Shown: piece after piece, positions 52,944-61,840 of the stretch
Layout: every line of letters begins with the position of its first letter
Position numbering within the stretch: position 1 is the first letter of the stretch
Origin: Candidatus Marinacidobacterium sp.
GTDB lineage: Bacteria; Acidobacteriota; Vicinamibacteria; Marinacidobacterales; Marinacidobacteraceae
Reading direction: 5' to 3'
Length of the DNA: 64,000 bases
NCBI GenBank assembly: GCA_965204755.1
Contig: OZ242011.1
Span: 576,001 to 640,000, forward strand
The notes under the pieces: model-generated
Seen by the model: only the letters and a program-made list of their open reading frames with translations
What the model was told of the DNA's origin: nothing
Database searches by the model: none
Made by a program: the position numbers and the translations under genes

Positions 52944-53921
52944 TCAGTAGCGGGCCAGTCGGCGGGCCGCCTCCACGACTTTCGCGGCGCTCGGCAGCGC
53001 CTCGTCTTCGAGTTCAGCGGCGTAGGGAACCGGCGTGTCGGCGGCGGCCAGGCGGGCGACCGGGGCGTCGAGGTCGGCGAAGAGGTGTTCGGCGGCGAGG
53101 GCGGCGACCTCCCCACCGAAGCCGCCGGTCAGGTTCGCCTCGTGGACCACCAGCAGCCGGCTGGTGCGGCGAACCGACTCGAAGAGGGTCTCCCGGTCGA
53201 GCGGGGCCAGCCAGCGCAGGTCGAGCACCTCGGCCTCGACCCCTTCCCCGGAGAGCATCTCGGCCGCTTCGAGGCAGTACGGCGCGGCGCCGCCGTAGGT
53301 GGCGATCGTCAGGTCGCGGCCCCGGCGCCGCGCCGCCGCCCGGCCGAGCGGCGAGGCTTCCGGAGCGGCGTCGAACTCCTCTCGGGGGACCCGCAGACTG
53401 CGGTAGAGGCGCTTGTGCTCCAGGAAGAGCACCGGGTCGTCGTCCCGGATCGCCGTCCGCAGCATCCCGGCGGCGTCGGCGACGGTGGCCGGGGCCGCCA
53501 CCCGCAGGCCGGGGATATGGGTGAAGAGGCCCTCCGGGTTCTGGGAATGGAACGGCCCGGCGCGGACTCCGGCGCCGCAGGGCCCGCGGAGGACGAGCGG
53601 CGCCGCCTGCCCGGTCCGGTAGCGCAGCGGCGCGGCGAAGTTGCGGATCATGTTGAAGGCGCTCGCGGAGAAGTCGAAGAACTGGTACTCGACGACCGGG
53701 CGGAACCCCCGGAGCGCGAGCCCCACCGCCATCCCGGTGAACCCTTCCTCGGCGATCGGCGCGTCGAACACCCGGTCGGGGCCGAAGGCCTCGAGGAACC
53801 CCTCGGTGAGGCGGAAGGCGCCCCCGTAGAGGCCGATGTCCTCGCCCAGCAGGAGCACCCGCGAGTCGCGCTCCATCTCGGAGCGCAGCGCCTCCCGGAC
53901 GGCGTCGAGGTAGGTGACCAC
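52944..53921 (-). CDS. 2-oxoacid dehydrogenase E1 beta subunit
   Basis: LLGEDIG..GGAF, DAPIAE, VEYQF, HSQNPE, FLEHK, DLRWLAPLD. Confidence 0.93.
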   Translation of the reverse strand: MVTYLDAVREALRSEMERDSRVLLLGEDIGLYGGAFRLTEGFLEAFGPDRVFDAPIAEEGFTGMAVGLALRGFRPVVEYQFFDFSASAFNMIRNFAAPLRYRTGQAAPLVLRGPCGAGVRAGPFHSQNPEGLFTHIPGLRVAAPATVADAAGMLRTAIRDDDPVLFLEHKRLYRSLRVPREEFDAAPEASPLGRAAARRRGRDLTIATYGGAAPYCLEAAEMLSGEGVEAEVLDLRWLAPLDRETLFESVRRTSRLLVVHEANLTGGFGGEVAALAAEHLFADLDAPVARLAAADTPVPYAAELEDEALPSAAKVVEAARRLARY

Positions 53922-53938
53922 GGGGGCTCGGCTGCCGA

Positions 53939-54736
53939 CTACGCCGCCTCCGGCGGGGTGAGTCCGATCGGGGTGAGTCCGATCGGGGTGAGTCCGATCG
54001 GGGCGAGTTCGATCGGGGCCGGCGAGAGGTCGCGGCCCAGTTCGTCGGCGAAGGCGGCGGCGAAGGCGTCCGCGACGGCGTCCAGGGACACCGGGCGGCC
54101 GAGTTCCGCCGCAAGCGAGGTGGCCTCCGCCCCGCGGATGCCGCAGGGCACGATCCGGTCGAACCAGCGGAGGTCGGTGTTCCCGTTCAGCGCGGCGCCG
54201 TGGGAAGTGACCCAGCGCGAGACCCGCACGCCGATGGAAGCCAGTTTCCGGGGCGGCCCGTCCGGGAGACCCGCCCGCCAGACCCCGGTGAGGCCCGACC
54301 GGCGCTCCGCCGGGACGCCGAAGGCGGAGGCGGCGCGGATCACCGCGGCTTCCAGCAGCCGCAGGTAGGCGTGGACATCCTTCCGCCAAGCGGAGAGGGC
54401 GACGATCGGGTAGGCCACCAGTTGGCCCGGCCCGTGGAAGGTGACATCGCCCCCGCGGTCGGTCTCGACCACTTCGGCGCCCTCGCGGGCGAGCCGGACC
54501 GGGTCGGAGAGCAGGTGCTCGCGCCGGGCGGTCCGGCCGAGCGTGAACACCGGCGGGTGTTCCGTCAGGAGGAGGACATCGGGGATCCGGTCGGCCCGCC
54601 GCCGGAGGTGGAGTTCCCGCTGCAGCGCCCAAGCCTCGCGGTACCCGAGGGGCCGGCGGTCGAGCCGCCAGAGCGGCGGGCGGAGGGCGCCCGGGACGCG
54701 CCCGGCGGCGGCCCGCGACGAGCCGGGGCCGGTCAG
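53939..54736 (-). CDS. lipB: Octanoyltransferase LipB (start probably CTG)
   Basis: GYREAWALQ, EHPPVFTLG, RGGDVTFHGPGQLV, KLASIG, IVPCG. Confidence 0.92.
   Translation of the reverse strand: MTGPGSSRAAAGRVPGALRPPLWRLDRRPLGYREAWALQRELHLRRRADRIPDVLLLTEHPPVFTLGRTARREHLLSDPVRLAREGAEVVETDRGGDVTFHGPGQLVAYPIVALSAWRKDVHAYLRLLEAAVIRAASAFGVPAERRSGLTGVWRAGLPDGPPRKLASIGVRVSRWVTSHGAALNGNTDLRWFDRIVPCGIRGAEATSLAAELGRPVSLDAVADAFAAAFADELGRDLSPAPIELAPIGLTPIGLTPIGLTPPEAA
53955..54014. repeat. 15-bp tandem repeat GGGGTGAGTCCGATC x3 plus one degenerate copy in lipB 3' end
   Basis: Read directly; encodes PIGLT repeats. Confidence 0.9.
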
Positions 54737-54767
54737 GTCAGCCGCGGTCGGGTCAGGCGTGGTCGGG

Positions 54768-56228
54768 TCACCCGTGGAGCGGCGTCCCCAGCGCGGCGAG
54801 GGCCGCTTCGGACACCGCTTCGGAGAGCGTGGGGTGCGGATGGATGCTCCCGGCCAGCGACTCGAGGGTCGCCTCGTGCTCGAGCGCGACCACCGCCTCG
54901 GTGATCAGGTCGGTGGCGTGGGGGCCGACGATGTGGACGCCGAGCACCTCCCCGTACTCGGCCTCCGCGACCACTTTCACGAAACCGGTGAGATCGCCGA
55001 GGATGTTGGCCTTGCTGTTCGCGGCGAAGCGGGAGCGCCCCACCCGGAGCGAGTGGCCGGCGGCGGCCGCGGCCTCCTCGGTGAGCCCCACCGAGCCCAC
55101 TTCGGGCGCCGAATAGGTCGCCGCGGGGATGCGGTCGGCGCGGACGGCGCGGCGGGGACGGCCGGCGATGGCGGCCACCGCCGCCTCCGCCTCCGCCGAG
55201 GCGGCGTGGGCGAGTTGGGCGCTCCGCACCACATCGCCGACGGCGAAGACCCCGGCCGCCGCCGTCCGTCCGGTCCCGTCCACTTCCAGGAAGCCGCCCG
55301 GCCCCGGCGCGAGGCCGACCGTATCCAGCCCCAGGTCCTCCGTCCGGGGCGTGCGCCCCACCGCGACCAGCAGCCGGTCGTAAGCCGCTTCCTCCTCGCT
55401 CCCGCCGACGCGGTAGCGGAGGCGGACGCCGTCCGGCCCGGTCTCGGCGGCCTCGACCCGCGCCCCGGTGAGCACCCGGATGCCGCGCTTCCGGAAGGCC
55501 GCCTCCACCGCCGCGGAGACCTCGGCGTCCTCGAGCGGCAGCGCCCGCGGCAGGGCCTCGAAGAGGTCCACCTCGGACCCGAAACTCCGGAACATGGAGG
55601 CGAACTCCGCCCCGACCGCTCCGGCGCCGATGACGCCGAGCCGCGCCGGACACTCCGGCAGGCGGAACATCTCGGCGTTGGTGAGCGCGCGCTCCCCGTC
55701 GAGCGGGAGGAACGGCAGCGACCGCGCGGCGGAGCCGGTGGCGATGACGATGTTCTTCGCCCGGAGGACGAACCGATCCCCTTCCGGCGGGGTGACTTCG
55801 ATCCGGCCCGGGCCGGCGAGCCGCCCGTAGCCGCGGACCGCGGCGACGCCCGCCCGCTTCAGCAGGAAGGCGACGCCCCCGGCCAACTTGGAGATGACCC
55901 GCCGATTCCGGCGGAGGAGACCGTCCCAGTCGAGTTCCGGAGGCGCGGCCCGGACGCCGTGGGTCCCGGCGGCGCGGATCGAGTCCAGCAGTTCCGCGGC
56001 GTGGAGGAACACCTTGCTGGGGATGCAGCCGACATGGAGGCAGGTCCCGCCGAACCGCTCGTCCTTTTCCACGACCGCGGCGCGGAGCCCGGCCGCCGCC
56101 GCGCGGAGCGCCGCGACATACCCGCCGGGCCCGCTGCCGATGACCGCGACATCGAATTCGGCGGGGACTTCGGCCGGCGAATCGCCGGGCGCGCCCGGGG
56201 AGCGAGGAGCGGCGGCGGTTTCGGTCAT
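54768..56228 (-). CDS. lpdA: Dihydrolipoyl dehydrogenase
   Basis: GSGPGGY, GGTCLHVGCIPSK, GAGAVG, HPHPTLSE. Confidence 0.95.
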   Translation of the reverse strand: MTETAAAPRSPGAPGDSPAEVPAEFDVAVIGSGPGGYVAALRAAAAGLRAAVVEKDERFGGTCLHVGCIPSKVFLHAAELLDSIRAAGTHGVRAAPPELDWDGLLRRNRRVISKLAGGVAFLLKRAGVAAVRGYGRLAGPGRIEVTPPEGDRFVLRAKNIVIATGSAARSLPFLPLDGERALTNAEMFRLPECPARLGVIGAGAVGAEFASMFRSFGSEVDLFEALPRALPLEDAEVSAAVEAAFRKRGIRVLTGARVEAAETGPDGVRLRYRVGGSEEEAAYDRLLVAVGRTPRTEDLGLDTVGLAPGPGGFLEVDGTGRTAAAGVFAVGDVVRSAQLAHAASAEAEAAVAAIAGRPRRAVRADRIPAATYSAPEVGSVGLTEEAAAAAGHSLRVGRSRFAANSKANILGDLTGFVKVVAEAEYGEVLGVHIVGPHATDLITEAVVALEHEATLESLAGSIHPHPTLSEAVSEAALAALGTPLHG

Positions 56229-56491
56229 GGCGGAGAGCGGGCGCCGGGAGGGGCGGCCGAAGGCGCTCCGCCGGGGGGCGGAATGGTAGGCGCGGCGGGG
56301 GAGGGCGGCCGGGCGCTTTCTCCGCCGGCCGCTTTCTCCGCCGGCCGCCGGCGCGGCGCGCCCGGGGAAGCGGAGGGGCGCGGAATTCAGCCCGGCGACT
56401 GGTAACATGGCCTTTGCGCGCCGGTTCGGCGCCGCGCCGATCCGCCTGCTCCGGCGGGAAGGCCGTCGCCGGAATCGGGAGCGCCGAGCCC

Positions 56492-57175
56492 ATGACCCGA
56501 CGAGAATCCGCCGGGACGCCGGAAGAGTCGAACGACTCGGGCGGCGCCGCGGCGGCGACCTCCAAGCCGACCGCCCGGAAGGGCGGAGACGGCGGGGAGG
56601 CGGCGCGCGCCCCGCAGCGGCGCCGCCCGGAGTCCTTCCTCGCGCACCGGCGGGGCGCCGCCGCGGCGCCGCCGGCCCCCGCCGAGACGCCGGAGGAACC
56701 GGCGCCGGAGTTCGAGCCGGTCACCCTCGGGGACGACGACGAGCCCGGGGAGCCGGGCAAGGACCGGAGCCCGGAGCGGGCGGCGCAGCGGGCGCGGCTG
56801 CAGAAGGAACTCGACGCCGCCCCGCTCACCCGCCACCTGGGCCTCCGGCTGGACTACGCGGACAACGGCGTCTCCCGGGTCCGCCTTCCCGCCGGCGAGG
56901 GCGACACCGACCCCGGCCCGCTGGAGGGCGGGGTGGTGGGAACCGCCTGCGCCGCCGCCGGCCACTTCGCCGCCGCTTCGCTGGCGCCGGGCGTGGGCAT
57001 CCGCCTGGTGGAGTTCAAGATCAGCCTGCTCGGGCCGATCCAGGGGGACATGCTGGCGATCGGCGAGGTCGTGCGGAAGGGCCGCACCCTGATCGCCGCC
57101 CGGATGGAGGTCGTGGAGGACAACGACCGCGTGGTGGCCGTCGCCCTGGCCACCTACTTCCTGCAGCACCCGTAG
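56492..57175 (+). CDS. PaaI-like hotdog-fold protein with low-complexity N-terminus
   Basis: PLTRHLGL, LEGGVV, VEFKISLL, GEVVRKGRT. Confidence 0.75.
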   Translation: MTRRESAGTPEESNDSGGAAAATSKPTARKGGDGGEAARAPQRRRPESFLAHRRGAAAAPPAPAETPEEPAPEFEPVTLGDDDEPGEPGKDRSPERAAQRARLQKELDAAPLTRHLGLRLDYADNGVSRVRLPAGEGDTDPGPLEGGVVGTACAAAGHFAAASLAPGVGIRLVEFKISLLGPIQGDMLAIGEVVRKGRTLIAARMEVVEDNDRVVAVALATYFLQHP

Positions 57176-57240
57176 CGGCCCGGGCCGGCGCGGGCGCGGC
57201 GGACCGGCGATGACGCCGGCGATGACGCCGGGCCGTCAGG

Positions 57241-58125
57241 TCAGCGCCACCAGTCGTCGTAGGGCGTCACGGGGCCGCGGCGCTTGTGTTCGGTGGCCGC
57301 GTGGATCCGTTCGATCCGCTCGGCGGCCCCGGCCGGGACCGGGCGGCCCTCCAGCCAGTCGTCCATCTCCCGGTAGGTCAGACCCAGCGCGTCCTCGTCG
57401 GGGACGCCGGGCCGAAGGTCCTCCAGGTCCGCGGTCGGCGTCTTCTCCACGAGGGCGGCGGGGGCGCCCAGGTGGCGGGCGAGGAGCCGCACCTGGCGCT
57501 TGGAGAGTCCGAACAGGGGCGCCACATCGGCGGCCCCGTCCCCGAACTTGGTGAAAAAGCCCACCAGCGCCTCGGCCGAGTGGTCCGTCCCCACCACCAG
57601 CCCGCCGCCCAGGTTCGCCAGGTGGTACTGCGCCGCCATCCGCATCCGCGCCTTGGTGTTGCCCCGCGCGAAGTCCCGGTCGGCCTCCGGCCGGCCGGCG
57701 GTTTCCCGGCCCGGCAGGGACGCCTCGAGCGCCCGGACGGCGGCGGCGATGTCCACGGTCGCGACCTCGGTCGGCCGCATCCATTCGAGCGCCCGCTCGG
57801 CGTCGGCGGCGTCGCGCTGCCTCCCGTAGGGCAGCCGGAGCGCGAGGAAGGAGTAGTCCGGAGCGGCCCCGCTCCCGCCCCGGTCGCCGCCGGCGGCCTC
57901 GTCCTCCCCGGCGGCGCGGAGTTCCGCGACGGCCAGCGAGCAGAGCCGGCCGGCCACGGCGGAGTCCACGCCGCCGGACACCGCGAGGAGCAGCCGGCGC
58001 TGCCCGGACGCCCGCAGGTAGTCGGCGAGGAACCGCGCGCGGCGGCGCGCTTCCCGCTCCGGCTCGATCTCGGGGAGCGCCCGGAACCGTTCCCGGACCG
58101 CCGCCGGGCAAATCCGCTCCTCCAT
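57241..58125 (-). CDS. nadE: Ammonia-dependent NAD+ synthetase
   Basis: VSGGVDS, GNTKARMRM, GTDHSAE, FFTKFGDG, PTADLE, TEHKR. Confidence 0.94.
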   Translation of the reverse strand: MEERICPAAVRERFRALPEIEPEREARRRARFLADYLRASGQRRLLLAVSGGVDSAVAGRLCSLAVAELRAAGEDEAAGGDRGGSGAAPDYSFLALRLPYGRQRDAADAERALEWMRPTEVATVDIAAAVRALEASLPGRETAGRPEADRDFARGNTKARMRMAAQYHLANLGGGLVVGTDHSAEALVGFFTKFGDGAADVAPLFGLSKRQVRLLARHLGAPAALVEKTPTADLEDLRPGVPDEDALGLTYREMDDWLEGRPVPAGAAERIERIHAATEHKRRGPVTPYDDWWR

Positions 58126-58411
58126 GGCGCCGGTCTCGATTCTACGGGCCGGAGCGCGGGGCGCCCCGGGAACCGGCTGCATCCACGAAACCGGAGACCG
58201 TCCTTGACGGAATACCGAATCCGTATCCGTTTTTCCGTATCTCCGGTCAGAAGTCCGACGCACGATCGCCTAACTCCATGATTCATAGGAGATAACCGAT
58301 CCGCTCCGCGACAGTGTTCGTCGGTTCGCCCCTTGCTATCCTCCCGACGCGAACTTTCCGGGGGCATTTCCCCATTCCGCGTCGCGCCTCTATCAGGAGG
58401 GCATCGAACCC

Positions 58412-61252
58412 ATGAAGCGACCCATCCAGCGGCTGCTGGCGGCAGCCGCTCTCATTTTCCTTCCGGCGGCGCTCCACGCGCAGACCACCGCCGGCCGCCT
58501 CGACGGCGCCGTCCAGGACCCGCAGGGCCTCGCCCTTCCGGGGGTCTCGGTGACCCTCGAATCGCCGGCGCTCCTCGGCAGCCGGGTGGCCACCACCGAT
58601 GTGGACGGCTCCTACCGGTTCCTCGGGCTCCCGGCGGGCGACTACACGATGACCTTCGAACTCTCCGGCTTCGGCACGCTGGTGCGCGAAGGCGTCACCG
58701 TGGTGACCGGCCAGACCTTCAGCGTGAATGTCGAACTCGGCGTCGCCGCCGTGGCAGAGACGGTGACGGTGACCGGCGAGTCTCCCGTCGTCGATGTGAA
58801 GTCCACCCGACTCGGCGGGACTTTCGACGACACCGCGATCCTCGAGGTCCCGAACTCCACCGACCCGCACGCCATGCTCGCGCTCACGCCGGGCATCCGG
58901 ATGCGCGGTTTCGATATCGCGGGCTCCCACAAGGCCCAGCAGTCCGGCTTCGACGCCTTCGGCCTCCGCAGCCAGAACCGCATCGTCATCGACGGCGTGG
59001 ACTCCAACTTCTCGACGGGCGGCTTCGGCTTCTACATGGACAGCCTCACGGTCAACCAGTTCAACATCTCGAACGCCGGGGCCGATGTGGAGAACGCCTG
59101 GGCCGGCAACACCATCGTGATGGACATCAAGACCGGCGGGAACGACCTTTCGACCCTGCTGTACGCCGATTACCTCACGGAAGGGTTCGTGGGGGACAAC
59201 CTCACTTCCGACCTCGAAGCGCGAGGGGCGTCCACGAACAAGATGCTCACTTACTGGGAGGGCCATGTCGACATCGGAGGACCGATCTGGCGCGACAGGG
59301 CCTGGTTCTTCCTCGCCTACAACAACAATGTGACCGAGCGCGCCATCAGTGGCGTGACCGGACTCAACGAAGAGGCGATCCTCCGCAACTACTACACCAA
59401 GGTCAACATCGCGCTCACCGAGAAGGACGAATTGATCGGGTACAGCCAGTGGGGCCTCAAGAACCGGCCCAACCGCGGCGTCAACTCGCTGAACTCGATC
59501 GATGTGCGCCTCGCCCAGGATTCATGGACCTGGGTGCATAAGGCCGAATGGCAGCGGGTTTGGTCGGACCGGGCGTTCTCGAATGTCAAGGCGATGTACT
59601 ACGGCGTGACCTGGCCGATGGTGCCGGCGGTGGATCCGGGCACCAATCCGCCGCGCGTGGACCTCGACACCTCCCGCCGAATCGGCGCCGGCGTGTGGCC
59701 CTTCACCTACGACAAGACCCGGCCGCAGGCCGTCGCGATCCTCAACTACTACCTGCCGACCACGAGCGCCGGCAGCCACGACCTGAAGTTCGGCGTGGAC
59801 TACATGGAAGACTCGCGATTGTTCTTCTCGAACGACGCCTCCGGAAACATCCAGTACCGCGATCGAGGCGACCAAGTGGAGGAAATCCTGTTCGTGAACA
59901 CACCGACGCCGGTTTCCGACACGCGCGACCGGAACCTCCACTTCTTCGCCCAGGATGTGTGGCAGGTCAACCCCCGGCTGACGATCACGGCGGGAATCCG
60001 CATCGCCAACCAGCACGGCTACTACAACCCGGCCAGCCTCGACCCGGCGCATCCGGAGTTCTTCCTCACCGGCGAGATCCCGGGCAAGGACATCTTCACC
60101 TGGAACGACTTCTACCCGCGGTTCGCCGCGACCTTCGACCCCACGGGGAGCGGACGGACGGTGATCAAGGCGTCCGCGAGCCGCTATACGCACAATGTCG
60201 GCCCCGACGGCTTCGTAAGCGCGAATCCCGCGGCGCGGCACCAGGTCGTCTTCCAATTCCTCGATCCCAACGGGAACAGGATCTACGACGGCCAGAACGA
60301 ACTCGGGGAGATCGTCAGCCAGTCCACCGGGTCGGGACTTCCGGTCGGCCGCATCGAAGGCGGCACTCCGGTGGACCTGAACACGAAGAGGTACTACGAC
60401 GAAATCACCGCCTCCATCGAGAGCGAGATCGTCCCGGAGACGAACCTGCGCCTCTCCTATGTGCGGAAGATGGACCGGAATGTGTTCGACACCTACCAGG
60501 TGGGCTGGTTGAACGCGATCCGCACGAGCCCGGTCGCCTGCGGTGACGAAGTATTCCCCTGCCCGACCAACGCGAACACCGGCGCGGAGATCACATCCAT
60601 CGTTCGCCCGCCGGAGGGAACGGCGTCGGCGAACGAAGTCACTACCGGGCCGGACGGACTCGACGGCAACGAGTGGGACAACTTCGAAGTCGGACTCGCC
60701 CGCCGGTTCCGGAGCGGCCTCTTCCTGCAGGGGAGTTTCCACTACCAGTGGCGGAATGAACTCGTCTGCTGCGGCGCCACTTCGAGCGCCGACACCCAAG
60801 CCGACCCGTGGTCGCTCGGCATCCAGGGCGGCGGTCTGAACTACAACTCGGCCGTCGACACGAAGCAGCAGCACACGAATTGGAACGCCAAGGCGATCGG
60901 CCGCTACGAGTTGCCCCGGGTTCCGGCGGCGCTGTCCTTCCAGTACCGCGCGCAGAGCGGCTGGGCCTACGCCCCGTATCAGTCGGTTGTCGTTCCGGGC
61001 GGGGGAAGGAACAGCATCCCCCTCTCGGACATGGACCTGCGCTCGGACAATGTGTTCATCCTCGACCTGCGCGCCGAAGTCAACCTTTCCTTCTGGGAAC
61101 GGGACCGCCTGTCCCTGTTCTTCGACGCCTTCAATGTGACGAACTCCAACCCGGTGCTGAACTTCAACACGCAGGCCGGGCCGGCGTACGAGAACATCTT
61201 CGGTTTCCTCGAGCCCCGCACCTTCAAGATCGGCGCCCGCTACCAGTTCTAG
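58412..61252 (+). CDS. TonB-dependent receptor with carboxypeptidase-regulatory-like N-terminal domain
   Basis: AGGAGG SD, signal peptide, DPQGLALPGV, VTVTGESP, C-terminal PRTFKIGARYQF. Confidence 0.92.
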   Translation: MKRPIQRLLAAAALIFLPAALHAQTTAGRLDGAVQDPQGLALPGVSVTLESPALLGSRVATTDVDGSYRFLGLPAGDYTMTFELSGFGTLVREGVTVVTGQTFSVNVELGVAAVAETVTVTGESPVVDVKSTRLGGTFDDTAILEVPNSTDPHAMLALTPGIRMRGFDIAGSHKAQQSGFDAFGLRSQNRIVIDGVDSNFSTGGFGFYMDSLTVNQFNISNAGADVENAWAGNTIVMDIKTGGNDLSTLLYADYLTEGFVGDNLTSDLEARGASTNKMLTYWEGHVDIGGPIWRDRAWFFLAYNNNVTERAISGVTGLNEEAILRNYYTKVNIALTEKDELIGYSQWGLKNRPNRGVNSLNSIDVRLAQDSWTWVHKAEWQRVWSDRAFSNVKAMYYGVTWPMVPAVDPGTNPPRVDLDTSRRIGAGVWPFTYDKTRPQAVAILNYYLPTTSAGSHDLKFGVDYMEDSRLFFSNDASGNIQYRDRGDQVEEILFVNTPTPVSDTRDRNLHFFAQDVWQVNPRLTITAGIRIANQHGYYNPASLDPAHPEFFLTGEIPGKDIFTWNDFYPRFAATFDPTGSGRTVIKASASRYTHNVGPDGFVSANPAARHQVVFQFLDPNGNRIYDGQNELGEIVSQSTGSGLPVGRIEGGTPVDLNTKRYYDEITASIESEIVPETNLRLSYVRKMDRNVFDTYQVGWLNAIRTSPVACGDEVFPCPTNANTGAEITSIVRPPEGTASANEVTTGPDGLDGNEWDNFEVGLARRFRSGLFLQGSFHYQWRNELVCCGATSSADTQADPWSLGIQGGGLNYNSAVDTKQQHTNWNAKAIGRYELPRVPAALSFQYRAQSGWAYAPYQSVVVPGGGRNSIPLSDMDLRSDNVFILDLRAEVNLSFWERDRLSLFFDAFNVTNSNPVLNFNTQAGPAYENIFGFLEPRTFKIGARYQF

Positions 61253-61442
61253 ACCGGCGCCGGCAACCACCTCACGGGCGGCGGGCCTCCGGGCCCGCCG
61301 CCCGATCTACATCAGGCGCCCGCCGGCGGACGCCGAATCGTGACAGCGGGGGAATCCGAGACTTCGACGGACCCCCGGCGAATCCCGCCGGCCGCCTCCG
61401 ACGAGCGGCGCATCGAGCCGGTGCGGAATCGGGCCCGCGCAC

Positions 61443-61619
61443 ATGTCCGGCGAGTCGGAGGAGCGCATCAACACGCGTAATCGCGAAGTTTCGGACTCCG
61501 CCACCACCCGGATGGAGCGAATGGCCCGTCGGTACGACCTCATGGTCGGTGCGCTCTTCGCCGCCGCGCTCGGTGCCACTGTCACTGTCCCTCGCCGTGG
61601 GTTCGTCGGGCGCTTCTGA
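61443..61619 (+). pseudogene. Truncated paralogue of the coiled-coil/TM gene at 51966-52655
   Basis: ESEER..RMERMARRYDLMVGALFAAALGATVTV vs RMDRIARRYDVLVVTLLVTLLGAAFTV. Confidence 0.55.
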
Positions 61620-61840
61620 CAGCCCGCGGAGAAAGCCCCGTGCCCTCCCCTTCTCGAACGGAGGACCCGAGAGTGCCCCGTAGGGTCTCTCAGCGGGCGC
61701 GTTCTCCACGGGCAGGCGGCGCGAATCGCTGCGCGGTCCCCCCACCGTCCTTGGCGGGGGAGGGAACCCCCTCCCCATGCACCTCGGCGGCGCTTCGCGC
61801 CGACCGGAGCTCTCGATCGGACCTTTTCCGCGGGCCGTCA
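61617..61840. mobile_element. MITE-like element with terminal inverted repeats
   Basis: TGACAGCCCGCGGAGAAAG vs reverse complement of right end TGACGGCCCGCGGAAAAGG; shares GGCGGCGCGAATCGCTGCGCG and GGCGCTTCGCGCCGAC with 40027-40253. Confidence 0.72.

Noticed and set aside
58190-58260. Inverted repeat ACGGA(A)TAC..GTATCCGT upstream of the TonB receptor as a riboswitch or ncRNA
   Set aside because: No recognisable cobalamin/TPP consensus; may be an operator but cannot be assigned
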